64,000 bases of DNA from Camelus dromedarius. Taxonomy: Eukaryota. Positions 12,788 to 26,931 of the stretch are shown piece by piece. Position 1 is the first letter of the stretch. Each line of letters starts with the position of its first letter. The notes below the pieces were generated by a model. It made no database searches, was not told where the DNA came from, and saw nothing but the letters and a program-made list of their open reading frames with translations. The stretch covers positions 43,278,001 through 43,342,000 of the forward strand of contig NC_087437.1 of assembly GCF_036321535.1 (NCBI RefSeq). The letters are read 5' to 3'. Made by a program: the position numbers and the translations under genes.

Positions 12788-15706
12788 TAATTGGCACAGT
12801 GTAGTTTTTGAAGTCCCTTATATTTGTTTCCTTCTATTTGTATCACTACTAACTGTTCACCTCGGGTTACCAGGTCTTCCAGCTGCCCTTCCAGCCTCTA
12901 GATTCAAATTTATGTGCCATTTCATTCCACACCACAAGCAGGCAGATTACCTTAAAAATATGATAGTTTGTTTAGTTTTCCTCTAGCCTGTATTTCTAAG
13001 TGGCTCTCAGCAACTCTGAGCTCCATTCCAGATTTTTCCCTACCATTCCAGGTCTGCTAAAGTATGTTGCTCTTCTTAGCAAACTGTATTTTCTATTAGT
13101 TTCTGGAAAATCCCTCCCACACAATCCAGACTAACTTCTTCCCAGACTACAGGATCAATTCCAACCACTTATTTGCCACATTTTGCCCAATCTCCATAGT
13201 TCACCTTCCTGCCTACAAAACTAGCCAAGGCCAGATTGATCTGTCTGTTCCTGTTGCTTCCATAGCCTTCACTTTGGCGTGCAGGAAGCCATTCTGCTCT
13301 TATTGTCGCCCATATTAACTGCTTAATATAGTAGGTGCCTTGCAACCCAAACTAGAAAAAAACCCTGTATATCATCTGGTTTGCTTTCCTTAAGACTGGC
13401 AGAGTACTCTGCATATGTAAATCAAAAATCATCAATAAGCATGTAGATTAATTCACTCTGTCCTCTTCTCAGGATATACATAGTAGGTAGGAAGAGTGGC
13501 TGCTGGTGGAGGATATGGGTGGTAAAGAGTACTAACCATGTACACACACAGGCCCCCTGTCTAGTCCCACATAAATGAAGTTAGGTCGTGTTAATGGTAC
13601 CAATACTTTGCCCCCAATAGCAGTGGCAAGAAAAGCCCCTGGATCCTCTGGAGAAATAGTCTGTATACTGGAACTGTAATATATGAAAGCTGTCATTTAT
13701 TTTAAACTGATTAGTAGTTTCTGCATTTACTATGCATTTAATATTTGCATTATTCTGTTTCCTGCTTAGCATGTGGTAAGTGAAAAGATTCATGCTCCTG
13801 AGCATTAGATAAACTTAAAAATAGTGTTAAAACACCACTCTTTGAATTAAAATATATACAGTATGGTAGAAAAAGAAATAACTACTGACTTTATATGTGT
13901 AATGGGCTATGAGATCTAAGTTTGTTCTTTTGTAAAGACAAAGGGAAACAAAAGGAAAACTTTTCTGCAATTTCTTTAAATTTGCCTTTTAATACTTTAC
14001 CTGTCTTGAAGTGAATTACAGGTGCTCAACTATTGCTACAACAGACAAGGTTGGAGTGAATGATCTTAAACTGACTATTGATCACCCACATCCCCACCCA
14101 TTTTTTCTAACAATGCAGTTAGGACCATAGATTTAAATGTTATTCTTAGGAAAAAAAAATTCCAAAGACAAGACAAATTGTATTTCTCAACTGATTTATA
14201 TATTAATAAAGTCACCATTTGGAAACTTTCCTAAAAAGCTGAAGCATATCTCTGAGATGAGACAGATTCAAGAGAAATATTAATTTCTGTTCTGATATGT
14301 GCTAGCTTCTTGCATTTGAGCTTTGAAAAGCAGCACCTTTTCTAGAAAAGTCAGTTCACTTAGAGAATAAACAACACACTCAAACAGAAAAAAGTTTTTA
14401 AAAGGATTCTTGTGTTAATGTCATCATAATTAGGGACAATCTTTCTGACAGAAAAGAATATATAACTATTCTTATGTTATTTACTTATGCTAGAATTATT
14501 TAAGGTTTTTCACTTTGTATGAAAATAAGCTTTAAGAAATATTCATTATTCCTTTTTTAACAAAAATAAAAACATTACTTCACTACATAGTGTTTTCCCT
14601 TGAAATATACTGTACTTTTGTCTGTTTAAAAATCATAAAAACATTTGTTTCACAGAGTGTATATTTGACTCTCTGTTGTAGAGCCAATATGTAATATTTA
14701 CCAAAGCAGATTGTTTATAGTCTACAGTTTACATTTGGGTTAATTTTCTAGAGAACATATTTAGAGGGAACACAGCAAGTATATATAACTGCTCCCTAAT
14801 TCCAGGCTAGTCTGCATTCAGATGAGTGCCATCCACATACTACCTGAGTGATAGTTCACCATAACTTATACAATATTAATATTTAGAAAGGTAATTTGTA
14901 TAATCAATGAACATCCATTTTCATCCTTCCATCTTCTAGGAAGTATTTGCGACAGCTTACCAGAGTATATGCAATAAATGTATGGTCATATATAAATAAT
15001 GAATTGGGTTTAGAGAACATAGAAAACCTGGAAAAGGGGAAAAAGCATAGTCTCAATACATTTCCAGAAATGATGATTTGGACTCTGAGCTGGGACTCTA
15101 TCAAATTTCATTTATTTCTTAATATCAAAAGAACTGTGAAACATAATTCTTCAAAGAAATCAAAGTTGGTTTTTTTTTTTTTTTAACTGAAATGGGATCT
15201 TGGAATTCCCAACTTGTATTTGGTGTAATAATAAAGAAAATACAAAAAAGGTGGTGGTGGGGGCTTGTTTGACACCTTTTGTCCTAAATGGAACCCTTCA
15301 CCAAAAGAGGTTAGGGACTTCAAGGCAGGTTCTTTCTCCAAAATGAGTAAATGACATCAGTTCTATTACTGAGGTTACAAACCCTTCTGCATTTATAAGT
15401 TTTTCAAAAAACACCTTCTCGTGTAATAGTACTTCATCTTTAGAGGACAATTATACAGATAGAATTCTATGATGAAAATGCTTAAAAGTAAACAGCCCAA
15501 GCACTTGTTTAAGCTTCTTTGTGCACCATATTTTGCTTTTACCTGCAATTGTCTACCCCGGGGGTTACCTTTCCTCTACCTGTTGCTAGAGTCCAGCGAA
15601 AGGAATCTTCCAGATACATACCAGTTGAGAGCAGGGGCTATTGAAAATAAAGCACATAGAGAAATGGATCTCTAAGCTATGTACACATTCTATAGGTAAA
15701 TTTTCT

Positions 15707-15821
15707 CTTTTTTTAACGTTTTTTATTGAGTTATAGTCATCTTACAATGTTGTGTCAAATTCCAGTGTAGAGCACAATTTTTCAGTTATACATGAACATA
15801 CATATATTCATTGTCACATTT
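15707..15821 (-). mobile_element. Very short, young L1 3'-end insertion
   Basis: T-tail then tttattgagttatagtcat...acaatgttgtgtcaaattccagtgtagagc. Perfect 10-bp TSD TAAATTTTCT at 15697-15706 and 15822-15831, followed by AA (endonuclease-type site). Confidence 0.85.
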
Positions 15822-16449
15822 TAAATTTTCTAATTGGATATTTGTTTTGTATAAGAAAACTACTGATTATTTTATTTTACTGATCCATTATTATAGGCAG
15901 ACTGAGTCAGAGAGTTTGGATAAAAAGAGAGCTTCTCTGTGGTTGGCCCACTGCATCTGCTATAATTAAGAGGAAAGAATAATATGCTTAGCTTTTTTTA
16001 AAAAAATGGTATCATATGACCAAGAACCCGAACTTGTTGCTTTCTGTTATTCTCTTAAAAAGATCAACTTGCTGTATTATCTTTTTTTTCCTTTTTTCTG
16101 TCATTTACTTTTGTTCTAGTCTTTACGTAGAAGTAAAAAAAAAATCTGCCTTTTTACTGAAATAGAATTAAAATTGGATAACTACAATTTAACATCAGGT
16201 CAGTTAAATCGACATGATTTCTATATGACCCAGTAGATATCACTGGAAATTCCTAGTTGCATTAAACTGAGTAAATCTCAATTAAAAACATCTTCACATT
16301 ATTTTAAAGTTGTATGTATATGTACACCTTATACAGGTTAAAAAAAATTGATCTATTAGTTTAGTCTTGAATGTTGCAAAAGTTATGGACCTAATCTTGT
16401 AAATATTCCTTTTGTAGAACTCCCAGTCTACCATTTACTGCTTCTGGAT

Positions 16450-16899
16450 CAGATGTCTGATAGAATTATAATGCAATTCATGTATGTACTTTTAAATTTT
16501 ATAGTAGCCACATTAAAGTACAAAAAGATAATATTAATTTTTAAAATTTTATTTAATTCAGTTTAATAATTTATTGAACCAAAATACTATCATTTCTAGA
16601 TGGAATCAACATTAAATTCTTAATGGAACATTTTGCATTTTTCTGTTTTACAATAAGGTGTACATTTTATAGTTAACGGAACATCTCAATTCGTATTTCC
16701 AACAGATAAAGTAAAATGTAGTCCTACCAAAACAACACAGTTGAGTTGAACAGAAACTATTTGACACTGCTTTGCTTTTAAAATCTAAATCAACTAAAAT
16801 TAAATAGAATTTTAAAATGTGGTTCTGTAACACAAGCCACATTTTAAGTACTCAGTAGTTACTACATGTGGATAGTGGCTACAATATTGGGTACCATAA
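16450..16899. mobile_element. hAT-Charlie non-autonomous DNA transposon (MER33/MER3-related)
   Basis: tagaattataatgc...aaattttatagtagccacatt at the left end and gccacattttaagtactc...catgtggatagtggctac at the right. Flanks ttctggat / ctctagac fit the NTCTAGAN hAT target. Confidence 0.75.
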
Positions 16900-16906
16900 C
16901 TCTAGA

Positions 16907-17867
16907 CTGTTTTTTCTTAACTTTTTTTGATTATACTCACCTGTTAGGATAAAAGTTTTTTGCAAGTACCCTCAATTTATGAATATATTTGTAAATTATA
17001 TATGTTTACTATGGTACTAATATATTATCTATATTATAAAATACATACAAGACAGATTTTAAAGATGAAATAGCATTTTTAAGTAATAGTTATTTTATCT
17101 TACTCGTTTTAAAACACTTTTTAGAAGCTATGTGCTTAAAAAAGTATTGTTATGTTTAAGATAGTAGTTTTACATTTTGTCATCTTGTGATTTAGAAGAC
17201 TGTTTCTAAGATCAGTCTAGTGTTTATTTTTAATGGCTGTTAGGGCTGAAAAAGATGATTCACAAAGACACCAAAGTACATTTAAGGAGTAGTTCATTAT
17301 TAATCATAGTACATTTAAATCCATATAATAGTCTTAATAATTCTGAAGGCTAAGTTCTTGTTAGATAGGATTAAATTGTTGTGATTTCAGCTTGGAATGT
17401 GGTTGGCTACAAGCTCGCTTTTAACAGCAAAAAAAGTGTCACTTTGTCACTTTTGTGGCTTATTGGTCCTTGTAACACCTTCAATCTGTGGGGTTTTTGC
17501 AGGTATCCTTTGGAGCCACTTGCCCCCTGTGAGTGCTAGTTTTATGAAAATTAGATAACATAAACAATAAATCCACTTAGATGAGCTCATGTAATGTGCA
17601 ATATGCCTTGCACAGCAACATCCTCTCTGTCCTTAGGAGTCCTCATGCCCTGTATATGATATGTGTAGGTGATGTACACTTAAATGGTGTGTTTGATTTG
17701 CAGATTTAGGGAAGGCTTCAGTGTCATTCTGTATATTAGAAAAGTTAGATTTCTTTTTTCCTTTATAAAAGATGTGTATAAATATATGGTTTGCTGTTTT
17801 CTTCTTCCACTCCTTTGGATCACACTGTGATTCCCTGGGGTTAGCATTACCATTATGAAGACTACTG
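16907..17867 (-). mobile_element. hAT-Charlie element (Charlie7-like) with a decayed transposase N-terminus
   Basis: Minus strand ~17530-17270 reads GKWLQRIPAKTPQIEG...YGFKCTMINNELLLKC, resembling a BED-finger transposase start. The right end gaagactactg is followed by atctaagt. Confidence 0.55.
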
Positions 17868-19279
17868 ATCTAAGTTCAAATGTTCTTTATCATAAGGAGT
17901 ATGATTCAGTGACCTTATGGACTGATATTACAGCTTTAGGATTTTTCTCTTATTGAACATTAGCAATAGTTTTAATATATCTAATATAAGTAACTAGAAC
18001 TATCTTTCATTGGCTAACAATGAGCACCATGGTATTCTTAAAGCAAACTAGAAACTTTATGTGTGTTCTTTGAGCATTGTGAGTATATAAAAACTCCATC
18101 CAGCAACCTCACAGCCTTTAAGTGGGTCCAAATAGCCACTTAAACCTCCCCAAACTGTGCCCAAGAGCAGAGCACAGAACACTGTGCCAGCCAACGAATA
18201 AATGCAAGAGTGGAGGAATTAAGATTTCTATTCTAAAATATTCCTCTTTTATTCACTTCTTAAGGATTCAGATTAGGCTTTGTTACCTTTCAGAGTAGGA
18301 TACTCTGCTGAAAGGGATTGAGAATGTTTTTTAGCAAAAAAACAAACAACAACAACGAGAAAACTTTAATGTTGGTAGTATGATTCATTTTCATTTACTT
18401 TTAAAATAAAGTCTAACTATTTTTTTTTGTAAATGCTGTTATGATAATGAGCATTTTAAAGGATCCTTTCTTGTATTTCACAGTGAGAAAAAAAAACTAA
18501 GAATATGTCATTTTTAAAAAATTTCAACTTGTGATTTTTATATTCTTTGCTCAGCCTTGTTAGAGTTGTAGTGGCTAAATCAGTAAAATGTATTCTATTA
18601 TTTAACATTTTCCTTTTCATCCTTTCCCCCCAACAGAACGCCTTTTATTAGTCAAAACTAGTTGGTGTTTATACCCTGCTCTCCAAAGCTCAAGAGCTTT
18701 CCAGCCAAATGAGTTGGACGTTCATCTCCATTTAACAGGATCTTTATTTACATGGTGCTTGAAATGCTTTTTCTCACTAACGAGAAGTAGATCTAAGAGG
18801 ATTAGATCAAAGGAAGGATAAAATTGAAATCACCATATGCCTCATTTTGATTATTCAAATCATCATATTACTTGAATGGTTCTATTATTTCAGATCCTAA
18901 AATACTTGAGGTTTCCCAGGTGAAAGATTACCAGCCTTCCACTCTAAAATATTTTCTCCCTGGATAGGTAAGAGAGAACTTAATCCGAAACTGAGATTTC
19001 GGTTTATTAGACAGGTCATGTTGTAGAGCAAAATACAGTGCATTTTGAGTCAAGACTCTGATGGAAATAGGCAAAAGTAAGCCACCTCGCTGAAAATGGA
19101 TCTCATCTCCTAGTTTCCTTATAAACTTGCACCCATAAGACATTAACTCAAAAAGCTGACAACTTCATGCAATTTAATTCCAGAGTATAAATGAAGGATT
19201 TTTTTTTTTTTTACAACAAAAAGTGCATGACTATTGACTGTGTGTGTGTGTTTGTGTGTCTACGTAGGTGGATGTTTCT

Positions 19280-19630
19280 CTATTAGTCAGAATAAGCTGT
19301 GTTGCTGAAAAAACAAAAACTTAAAATGTCAGTGGCTTAATACAACAAACTCCTTCTGTCTTTTTCACTCAAATTCTGGAGATATAGACAACTCTCTTGA
19401 TTATCTGTCCTCCATGTGACGTTTCTGTAACTCAAATTGTCTTGTTCTTGATCTGTCTCTGCCATCTCAATACATGGCCTCCTTGTTTTCAGAGGCAGAG
19501 AAAGATCACAGAATTGCACACAGCCTTTTTCTTGCCTCAGTTCAGAATAACTGGTAACATTGGCCAGAACAAGTGCCTCTACCTACCTAATTGCAAGAGG
19601 GTGGGTACACCTAGGGAAGCAGTAGGACAT
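19280..19630. mobile_element. MaLR (MLT1-type) solo LTR remnant
   Basis: tattagtcag...tgttgctg...aaaatgtcagtggcttaatacaacaaa is a typical MLT1 end. Confidence 0.6.
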
Positions 19631-19789
19631 GGCATTACTGTTTCAGCCATGATGCGTTAGTCATTTAAGACAACGCTTACACTTTATGTTTCATTTCTCA
19701 GAGATTCATCCTTAGATTACATCTAAATACTTTTTTTTAAGCTAGTTTGCAGTGTTTTTAAAATAAGGGCTTCTACTGAGAATATCAAT

Positions 19790-20490
19790 GATGATTCATT
19801 CATTTGAAAAATAATGATTAAATGGTTAATTTATCCTAGGCTGGATACTGGGGATACAAAGAGGAGTGAGACATAATCTTTCTGTTCTCAAGAAGCCTAC
19901 TGATTTGTGAAAAAGATGCTTAAACTTGTATATTTTACTGGTAGATGAATTCTCACATTTATTTAACAACTATTTATCATCTATTAGGTGCCAGGTCCTG
20001 TAACAGGATCAGGACAAAGTTTCTGGTTCATAGTGATTATATTCTATATGGGAGTACAGAGAGGTGAATAAAAATTAAAAAAGCATTCAAAAAGTTATAA
20101 GTACTGTGAGGAAAGTAAAACATTATGATGCTCAGAGAGGAAGCTAGAAAAGCTACTTTAGATTAGATGATCAGAAAAGACTGCCCAAAGTTGGGGCCAC
20201 TTCTGCTGAGACCTGAGGAGCCAGCCATTCCAAGATCCAGGGACACAGCATTGCAGGGAAAGACCAGAAAGAACCGAGTTTCTTAAACTGTGATTAGTTG
20301 GATTACAGAAAAGAGACCACTGACCCTGGAGCATAATAATACATCAGGAGTAGAGACGTAGGGATTGAATTTGGAGGTGGAGGCAAAATCTAGATTATAT
20401 AGAGTCTGTAAGATGAGGCTAGCGTTCTATTGAAAAGATGTAAATAAGCATGGGGGATGTAGGGGCACCGAATTGGTCTCATTATTTTAC
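19790..20490 (-). mobile_element. L2 fragments
   Basis: attcattcatt tail; atttaacaactatttatcatctattaggtgccagg; gctgagacctgaggag. Confidence 0.6.
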
Positions 20491-21149
20491 AGCAGGGCAA
20501 GGGATTGATGAGAAAGACCGCCTGGGAGAGAGGGTGGCTGAGCTAGGCTTTAAAGAATGAACATGCACCAGCTGGCCCAGAAGAGTAGAGGGTCAGCACG
20601 TGCGGGCACCTTGAAGCTGTACATGGTAATTAGAGCTGAAAATGAATGAAAGGTAAAGGTAAAGATATATTGGACTGTGCCAAGAATTTGAAGGCATGAA
20701 TAGCAAAGGGACAGCACCTTAAGACCCCCAACTTATTTTTGTGGATCCCACAAAAATATCAAACAAACAAAATTGTACCATTTCCCACATTCATACCTTG
20801 CTTACCTAAAGAAAATTTAAGGATGTTTTGTAATTTTTATAATCTTGAGTTTGCTAAAATAAGTTATTTCATTCTTGTGTTTGAAACTTCATTATATGTA
20901 TATATAATGGCATGATTTGAGTTGCTGTCATATTATGTAGACATTTATTTAAACACTTACTGATTTTTGACATTACAGATTTCTTTCTGTAGTGTGAATT
21001 TTGTCATTTTTTTTTAGAGCTTAAACTACTTTGTAGGCCCTTCAAAAGCTTATGAAATTTAAAAACTAGACTGAGGGTGTATGTCCAGAAATAGGAGTCC
21101 CCTCCTGTGTGATGAAGACAGGTGATTCCCAGGTAGGAATTGTCCTTCA

Positions 21150-22125
21150 AACTCCATCCAGCTAACGTTCATAGAACACGCTACCATGCTAGAAACTGTC
21201 TTAGGTACTAGGGAAACAGCAGAAAGCAAGGGACAGAATTCTTTTCCTTGTTGTGCCTCACATTTGAGTGAGAACAGAAAACCAATGAACAAGACGAATA
21301 AGTACACAGCGTGTTAGACAGTGACAGGTGCTGAGGAGAAAAATTTATACACCAGAGAAGGTGGATGGGAAATTTGAAAGAGGAGTGGTGAATTTTCATA
21401 GGGTGGCCAGGGAAGGCTTTGAATAAAATCCTGATTGATAGTCTGCACCAATAGACATCTGGGAGAAGAGTGTTTTAGGTAGAGGGAAAAGCAAAGGGAA
21501 AGGACCTGAGCTGAGGGAGGAATTACATGTATTCAAGAAACAGCAACTTTGCCCACAGATAAGTCAGGTGCTGGAGACTGGGATGGGATGGACAACGCAG
21601 ACCTGCCGGTGGAGGGAACTTGCCTCCCCCTGCCCTTTCGCTGAGTAACATGGAAAGGCTTTGAAGAGTTTTGAGCAACACTGCCATGACCTGCATTACA
21701 TTTTACCTGTCATCCGTTGGCTTCTGTATTGAGAATAGATTAGAGGGGAGTAAGAGTGACAGCAGGGAGGCTACTGCAATACTCCAGGCAAAATATGATG
21801 GTGGCTTGGATCAAATTGGTAAGTGTAGAGGCAGCTAGAAGTGGCTGGATTCTGAATGTGTTGAAGATGGAGCTGACAGGACTTGGGGGATGGATTAAGA
21901 CTGAAGAATGGTTCTAGGCTACTTGCAAGAGGGAGCCTCCATATCCTGAGAAGAAGAAGGTGGCAGGAGGAACAACTTTGTGATGGCAAGGCAGGGGCTC
22001 AGTTCTGGATATTGAATGTGAAATGCCTATTCGGTATCAAAGTAGAGGTTTCTATTTGGTAATTGGATATGCAAATCTGGAGTTTAGGGGAGAGGTCCAG
22101 CTAGAAAGAAAAATTTGGAAAATTA
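21150..22125 (-). mobile_element. L2 LINE fragment (~1 kb)
   Basis: gagaatagattagagggg...gaggctactgcaatactccaggcaaaatatgatggtggcttgga...ttggatatgcaaatctggagtttaggggagaggtccag. Confidence 0.8.
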
Positions 22126-22463
22126 TTGGGTTTTCACAATCCAAATAATCATGACTTTCAGGGTTTGGATTCCCTTGTAGGGCTTACTCAATGTGTATTC
22201 TGAAGTTTGTTTCATTCACATTTTCATTTTTTCTTCTGCCTTCTTGTATTCTGACAGTTAACAGTCAGCGCATTTTACTTAATACTTGACCTTGAGCAGT
22301 CACATAGCTAATGGTTTTAAAAATCATCTGTGATTTCTTCTTACCTACAGCAAATAGCTAATAGATCCAGGATGCCCTGCTGAATGGCTGTAATATTATT
22401 TTCCAGATGAATTTCAGCAGGTTATAGAATACTGGTGTTGGGGTATGTAAATATATGCATTTT

Positions 22464-22470
<7 letters not shown>

Positions 22471-22504
<34 letters not shown>

Positions 22505-22552
22505 CATACATATATATACACACACACACACACATCCATATAATGGATGGAT

Positions 22553-22604
<52 letters not shown>

Positions 22605-22630
22605 ATGTGTATATATATGAATATATATTC
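22471..22630. repeat. Compound microsatellite (TA)14-(CATA/CA)n-(TGGA)3-(AT)24
   Basis: Direct read. Confidence 0.95.
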
Positions 22631-22749
22631 AGCTTATCAATATGTTTCCATGTGTTTAAATCATGTTTTTATTTTCACTTGGACTTAGCTGAATATGTTG
22701 AAGAGATGCCTATTCATTTATTTACCTTTTTGATGTTAGAAATGATGCT

Positions 22750-22967
22750 TTATTTAATTAATTTATTTCCATTGAAGTATAGTCAGTTTACATACAATGT
22801 TGTGTCAATTTTGGGAGTACAGCATAATGTTTCAGGCATACATATATTCCTTTTCAAAGTGTTTTTCATTATAGGTTACTACAAGATATTGAATATAGTT
22901 CCCTGTGCTATTCCATAGAAACTTGTTATTTATCTATTTCATATATAAAAGTTAGTACCTGCAAATC
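22750..22967 (-). mobile_element. L1 3' UTR fragment
   Basis: attgaagtatagtcagttta...acaatgttgtgtcaatt...aagatattgaatatagttccctgtgcta, homologous to 12020-12200. Confidence 0.85.
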
Positions 22968-23879
22968 AAGAGATAACTATTTAATATAGTAAGCTATGCA
23001 TACAGCCCAACCTGTCTCATCAAGATTTATAATTCTCTAATTTCATAGGTCAGTTAATAGGATTCCCATTGAGTTCCCAGGCTGTCATAACTTATGACAT
23101 TCAAGTGTATGTTTTGGTGTAGTTTTAGTCAAGGAAAGTCATGTAGCCACTGGAGCAGAGCGAGGAAAGAAGATTGCCATACTTGAATCTGTACCATCAA
23201 AATGACAAAGCAGTCCTGTAATAAACAATAGGTTAGTGCTTGATATGCCTACAGCGTCAGTTGCAATGCACGACAGGCAAGTTATTTATGAAATGAGCCT
23301 CTTGAAAATATATGGCTCTTATAATATGAATCTCATTTCTATGTCCCTCCCAACAAAATAGTGTGGCATTATCCATCTATTTAGAACATATGGTTGCTTT
23401 ATTATTTTTTTAAAATATGATGACACCATATAGCCAAGAAATATCAAAGAAATTCAGCCATGTAACAAATGGAACATAACTATTTTTTTAAAAATCTGTT
23501 GTGATATTTAGCTTTTTAAAATTTAGGAAAAAATAAATTTAATTTTCTACAACACAAAACAATCCATGCTAGTGTAATGCATATATTATTTTCATTGTAT
23601 ACAGAGAAAATGCTAATGATGACTTAACTGTCACATGCATGTATTGGCTATAAGTGTTGGTCAGTACAGCGAATACACTGGAGGGAGCATGCGAATAACT
23701 AGTGTGTGTTTACTTTGTATTCCAAACAGAGATCTTTATTTTTACTCTTAGTTCTATAAGAGGATTGAAGTTCAGGACTTTTAAGGAGACCAATGCAGAG
23801 CAGTAACATCAATGAGAAGTATACTTGACCACCAACCTCCCTCTAATAAGAATAGACAGATCATTTCAGATTTGATCTA

Positions 23880-24440
23880 GAGTTGTAGTTGTTGACTTGA
23901 TCAGCCCCAGTATCCCCTTTAAAAAGCAATAGCTTGAAATCACCCATAGCTATCCTAGAAAAAAATAAATTTTAATATTGTATTACCTACCTACACATAT
24001 GTTTTAAAAATATATCAACCAATTTTTCTATCTGTAAAATAAAAGAGATTAAAAGGAAAGTAACTTATAAAGAAATATGTGTTTCAAAGTGCAAGTTTTG
24101 CATCAGGTCCTTGCTGGAAGATGTAGTGAAACAGTCATATGCCTTTCCCTATGGCTAGAACCACGGTGAGCACACAGCCACCAAGGCTGACTGATGGACA
24201 CCGATGTGTTATTCTGGTGGTTCAGATACCATTAGTGGCAGTTCTGTTGGGTGATGTCATTTTCTGAAATAGTATAAAAGTCTTGATAAAGTTTCAAATA
24301 AAACAAAGTACGATGCTTGTATAGTACAAAGTGACTTACTGTTGTTTTTATTTGCCGTGTGGAGAATAAGGAAATTTTTAATTTTGCATAGAAGTCCCAT
24401 ACATTGCTTAGCCGTCTAGTCCACTTTTTATCAGTTAAAA
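23880..24440. mobile_element. hAT-Charlie-type DNA transposon remnant (subfamily uncertain)
   Basis: Follows a gatctaga target-like site; acctacctacacatat...aaaaggaaagtaacttataa...aaacaaagtac resembles a recalled Charlie-family consensus. Confidence 0.45.
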
Positions 24441-25149
24441 ATACACTCACGTATTTGTTAAGCCTTTAAACTGAGTAGCCTTTATGTAGAACTTTTGGGA
24501 ACTTATTACAGATTCTTGCTGAATGTCATAATGATACATGATTTATTGATAACATACATAATCTAGACAGAAATACTTAGATTTCTTTCTTTTTGTTGTT
24601 TCCCTTATTCATTTTAGAGGTTGAATGGCTAACCCATCATTAATTATTAATATTTTTCATACAGCTTCGTTTATATTATACTTTACTTCTTTAAAAAATA
24701 ATTTCTCCTGACTATAGAGTCACTGAAGTTCTCATGTTTCTTCTAATACATTTACAACATTCTATTAACATTGGAAAACTTTCCTTACATTGTCTTTTCA
24801 ATTTATTGTTTCTTAAACGTTTTGCTACATCATTCAACCTCAATTCTCTACCACATAGGGTAGGGTTATTATTCTTTATTATGTGCTCCTCTTTAGTTAT
24901 CCCAAGGCTTGTATTTTTATCCCTTCAAAAAGAAACCTCTCAGTTTGAGACTGATGTTTGCTAGAAAAGTTTATATAAACAGTAAAACCAAAAAGACACG
25001 TAGGGAATACTTAACCTCCCTTTAAAGAGCAGAGAGATTATTCATGATATAAAAGATGACTGTTAATCATCAAAGCTAAGATTTTCTTGTGTTATTAAAT
25101 TTTGTTAGTTTAGAGAAATATGAAAAGTTAACTTCTGGCCCACATTAAA

Positions 25150-25960
25150 AACATAACTAGATTTTGTTTGAAAAAGTAATACATGTGATGGTAAAAGTAA
25201 ATAAATAAATAAAGATTAGAAAAGGGATGAAGAAAAATGTCTCCTTTTACCCCAGATTCATAGCCTTCACAGTCTTCAAAGTCTCAGATAAGATTTTAAC
25301 GTTTTTTTAGTCACATTTATAATTATCCTTCTTCTTTAATGTTCTGTATCTTGCTTCAAAAACCAAGATTCTTTTGTCTTTCAAATCAGTCTAGGATTAT
25401 CTTTTAAAAATAATCTCTATTTTTTTGACTTATTTTCAATTAAACTTATAATTGTTCTAGGATTTATTTTGGTGTACAGGAAATAAGATTTGCTTTGGTA
25501 TATGGAAAATAAAGATCAAACTGTTCCCTTCAAAACCACGTTTTCCTCAAATGATGACCCAATGCCATTTTTGATTAATTTACCTATTTCTCACTATAAT
25601 AAAATGCTAACTTTTTGTATTCCAAATTTGTATTATATTCATATACACATTTTCATATTCTAGATTTTCTGCTCTGTCTCTTAGATTAGCTGTATACTCA
25701 TATGCCCGTACCAACTTACTCAATGTAGTAGCTTTGTAATACATTTTGATGTTGGGCGTGGCTCATCCCTGTCCCTTCTTACTTTTTTATAATTTTATCA
25801 TATTTTTATTGGGATTGCATTAAATATTTACCTAAGAAAGAAAGTTTTTTATAATATTGAGTTATTCTATAAATGATAGATATAGTTTTTTAATCTATTC
25901 ATGTAAAGCTTGTTTGTTTAGTGAACTTTCACATTTATAAATGACCAAAATTTCTTCTAA
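25150..25960 (-). mobile_element. Old L1 (L1ME-type) fragments
   Basis: aaagtaatacatgt 3' end; gatttattttggtgta; gtagctttgtaatacattttgat; attgggattgcattaaat. Confidence 0.55.
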
Positions 25961-25974
25961 ATTCTGTAACAATG

Positions 25975-26215
25975 ATAATAATAACAACAACAGTGATGAT
26001 CACTTGGGGAGAAATGTGTTTTCCAGAAACTATGCTGCAAGCTTTACACACATTATCTCATTTAATTCTTGCACTAGGTAATTACGTAAGTGAGAAAATT
26101 GAGCATCAGAGAAGTTAAGTATCTTACATGTGTTCATAGTTAGTAGGAAGCAGTACTGATTATCAAACCCAGGCCTAAATGTATTTAAAACACACACTCT
26201 CTCTTACTGTACTAA
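25975..26215 (-). mobile_element. MIR SINE
   Basis: agctttacacacattatctcatttaattctt...gagaaaattgagcatcagagaagttaagt. Confidence 0.75.
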
Positions 26216-26931
26216 ACTGTATTTATTTCTATTAAATCACTCTTAGCAAGGAAAAAAGGAAGGCAAGCAAAAGTGTATCAACAAACTGAGCAGGGGATGT
26301 AACAAAGGAGACATTTTGTGGACTTCACATAAGAAAAGGTGCATCTCTGTGCTTTCCATTACACCACAGGCAAACAAGAGTAAAGGTCATTCATTGCTCT
26401 GTAGGCAGTGAATGTATGTGGGTTGCCTAATTCTGCCAGTGGATGCTTACCTGAATTTTCTGATAACTAATAATCTCCCTGAATGTGTCAGAGGAAGAAA
26501 TATTTAATATGTAGACTTTGCCCCTACTATGTCTGTCTCCCTGCACCATTGTAATTACTCTTGAAATTGGTAGCAATTTTTGCAGTTGACTCTGTACATT
26601 ATAAATATTTTATCAGAAAAATATCGTTTGAAAATGTTCTGCACTTTCATATATGGTTATTTTTTCTTTATGTATCTTGCAGGAGTTGATATGTATTGAT
26701 AATGCATAGACAAACAAAAAGAGGAGAGGCTTCTCAGTAAAAGATCTTTTAGTTTGCAACTGATAGTCGATAAAATTTTCTTTTCTAAAATTCTGCTGGA
26801 ATGATAATTTAAATTTGCAGTAGTAACATTTAGAGCTAAAATGTTTTCTTGAAAACACATCTCATTGTCAGTAATCTACGTCAATGGGTTAATTCATTTT
26901 AATGGAGATGTAGTATATATTGAATAATACG

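Noticed and set aside
12271..12797. ORFs with L1 ORF2 similarity as functional genes
   Set aside because: Frameshifted, 5'-truncated and interrupted by (TG)n; a dead L1 fragment.
22435..22918. YI/HT-repeat ORFs
   Set aside because: Translations of microsatellites.
23615..23720. C/D box snoRNA (ATGATGA)
   Set aside because: No suitably placed CTGA D box or terminal stem.
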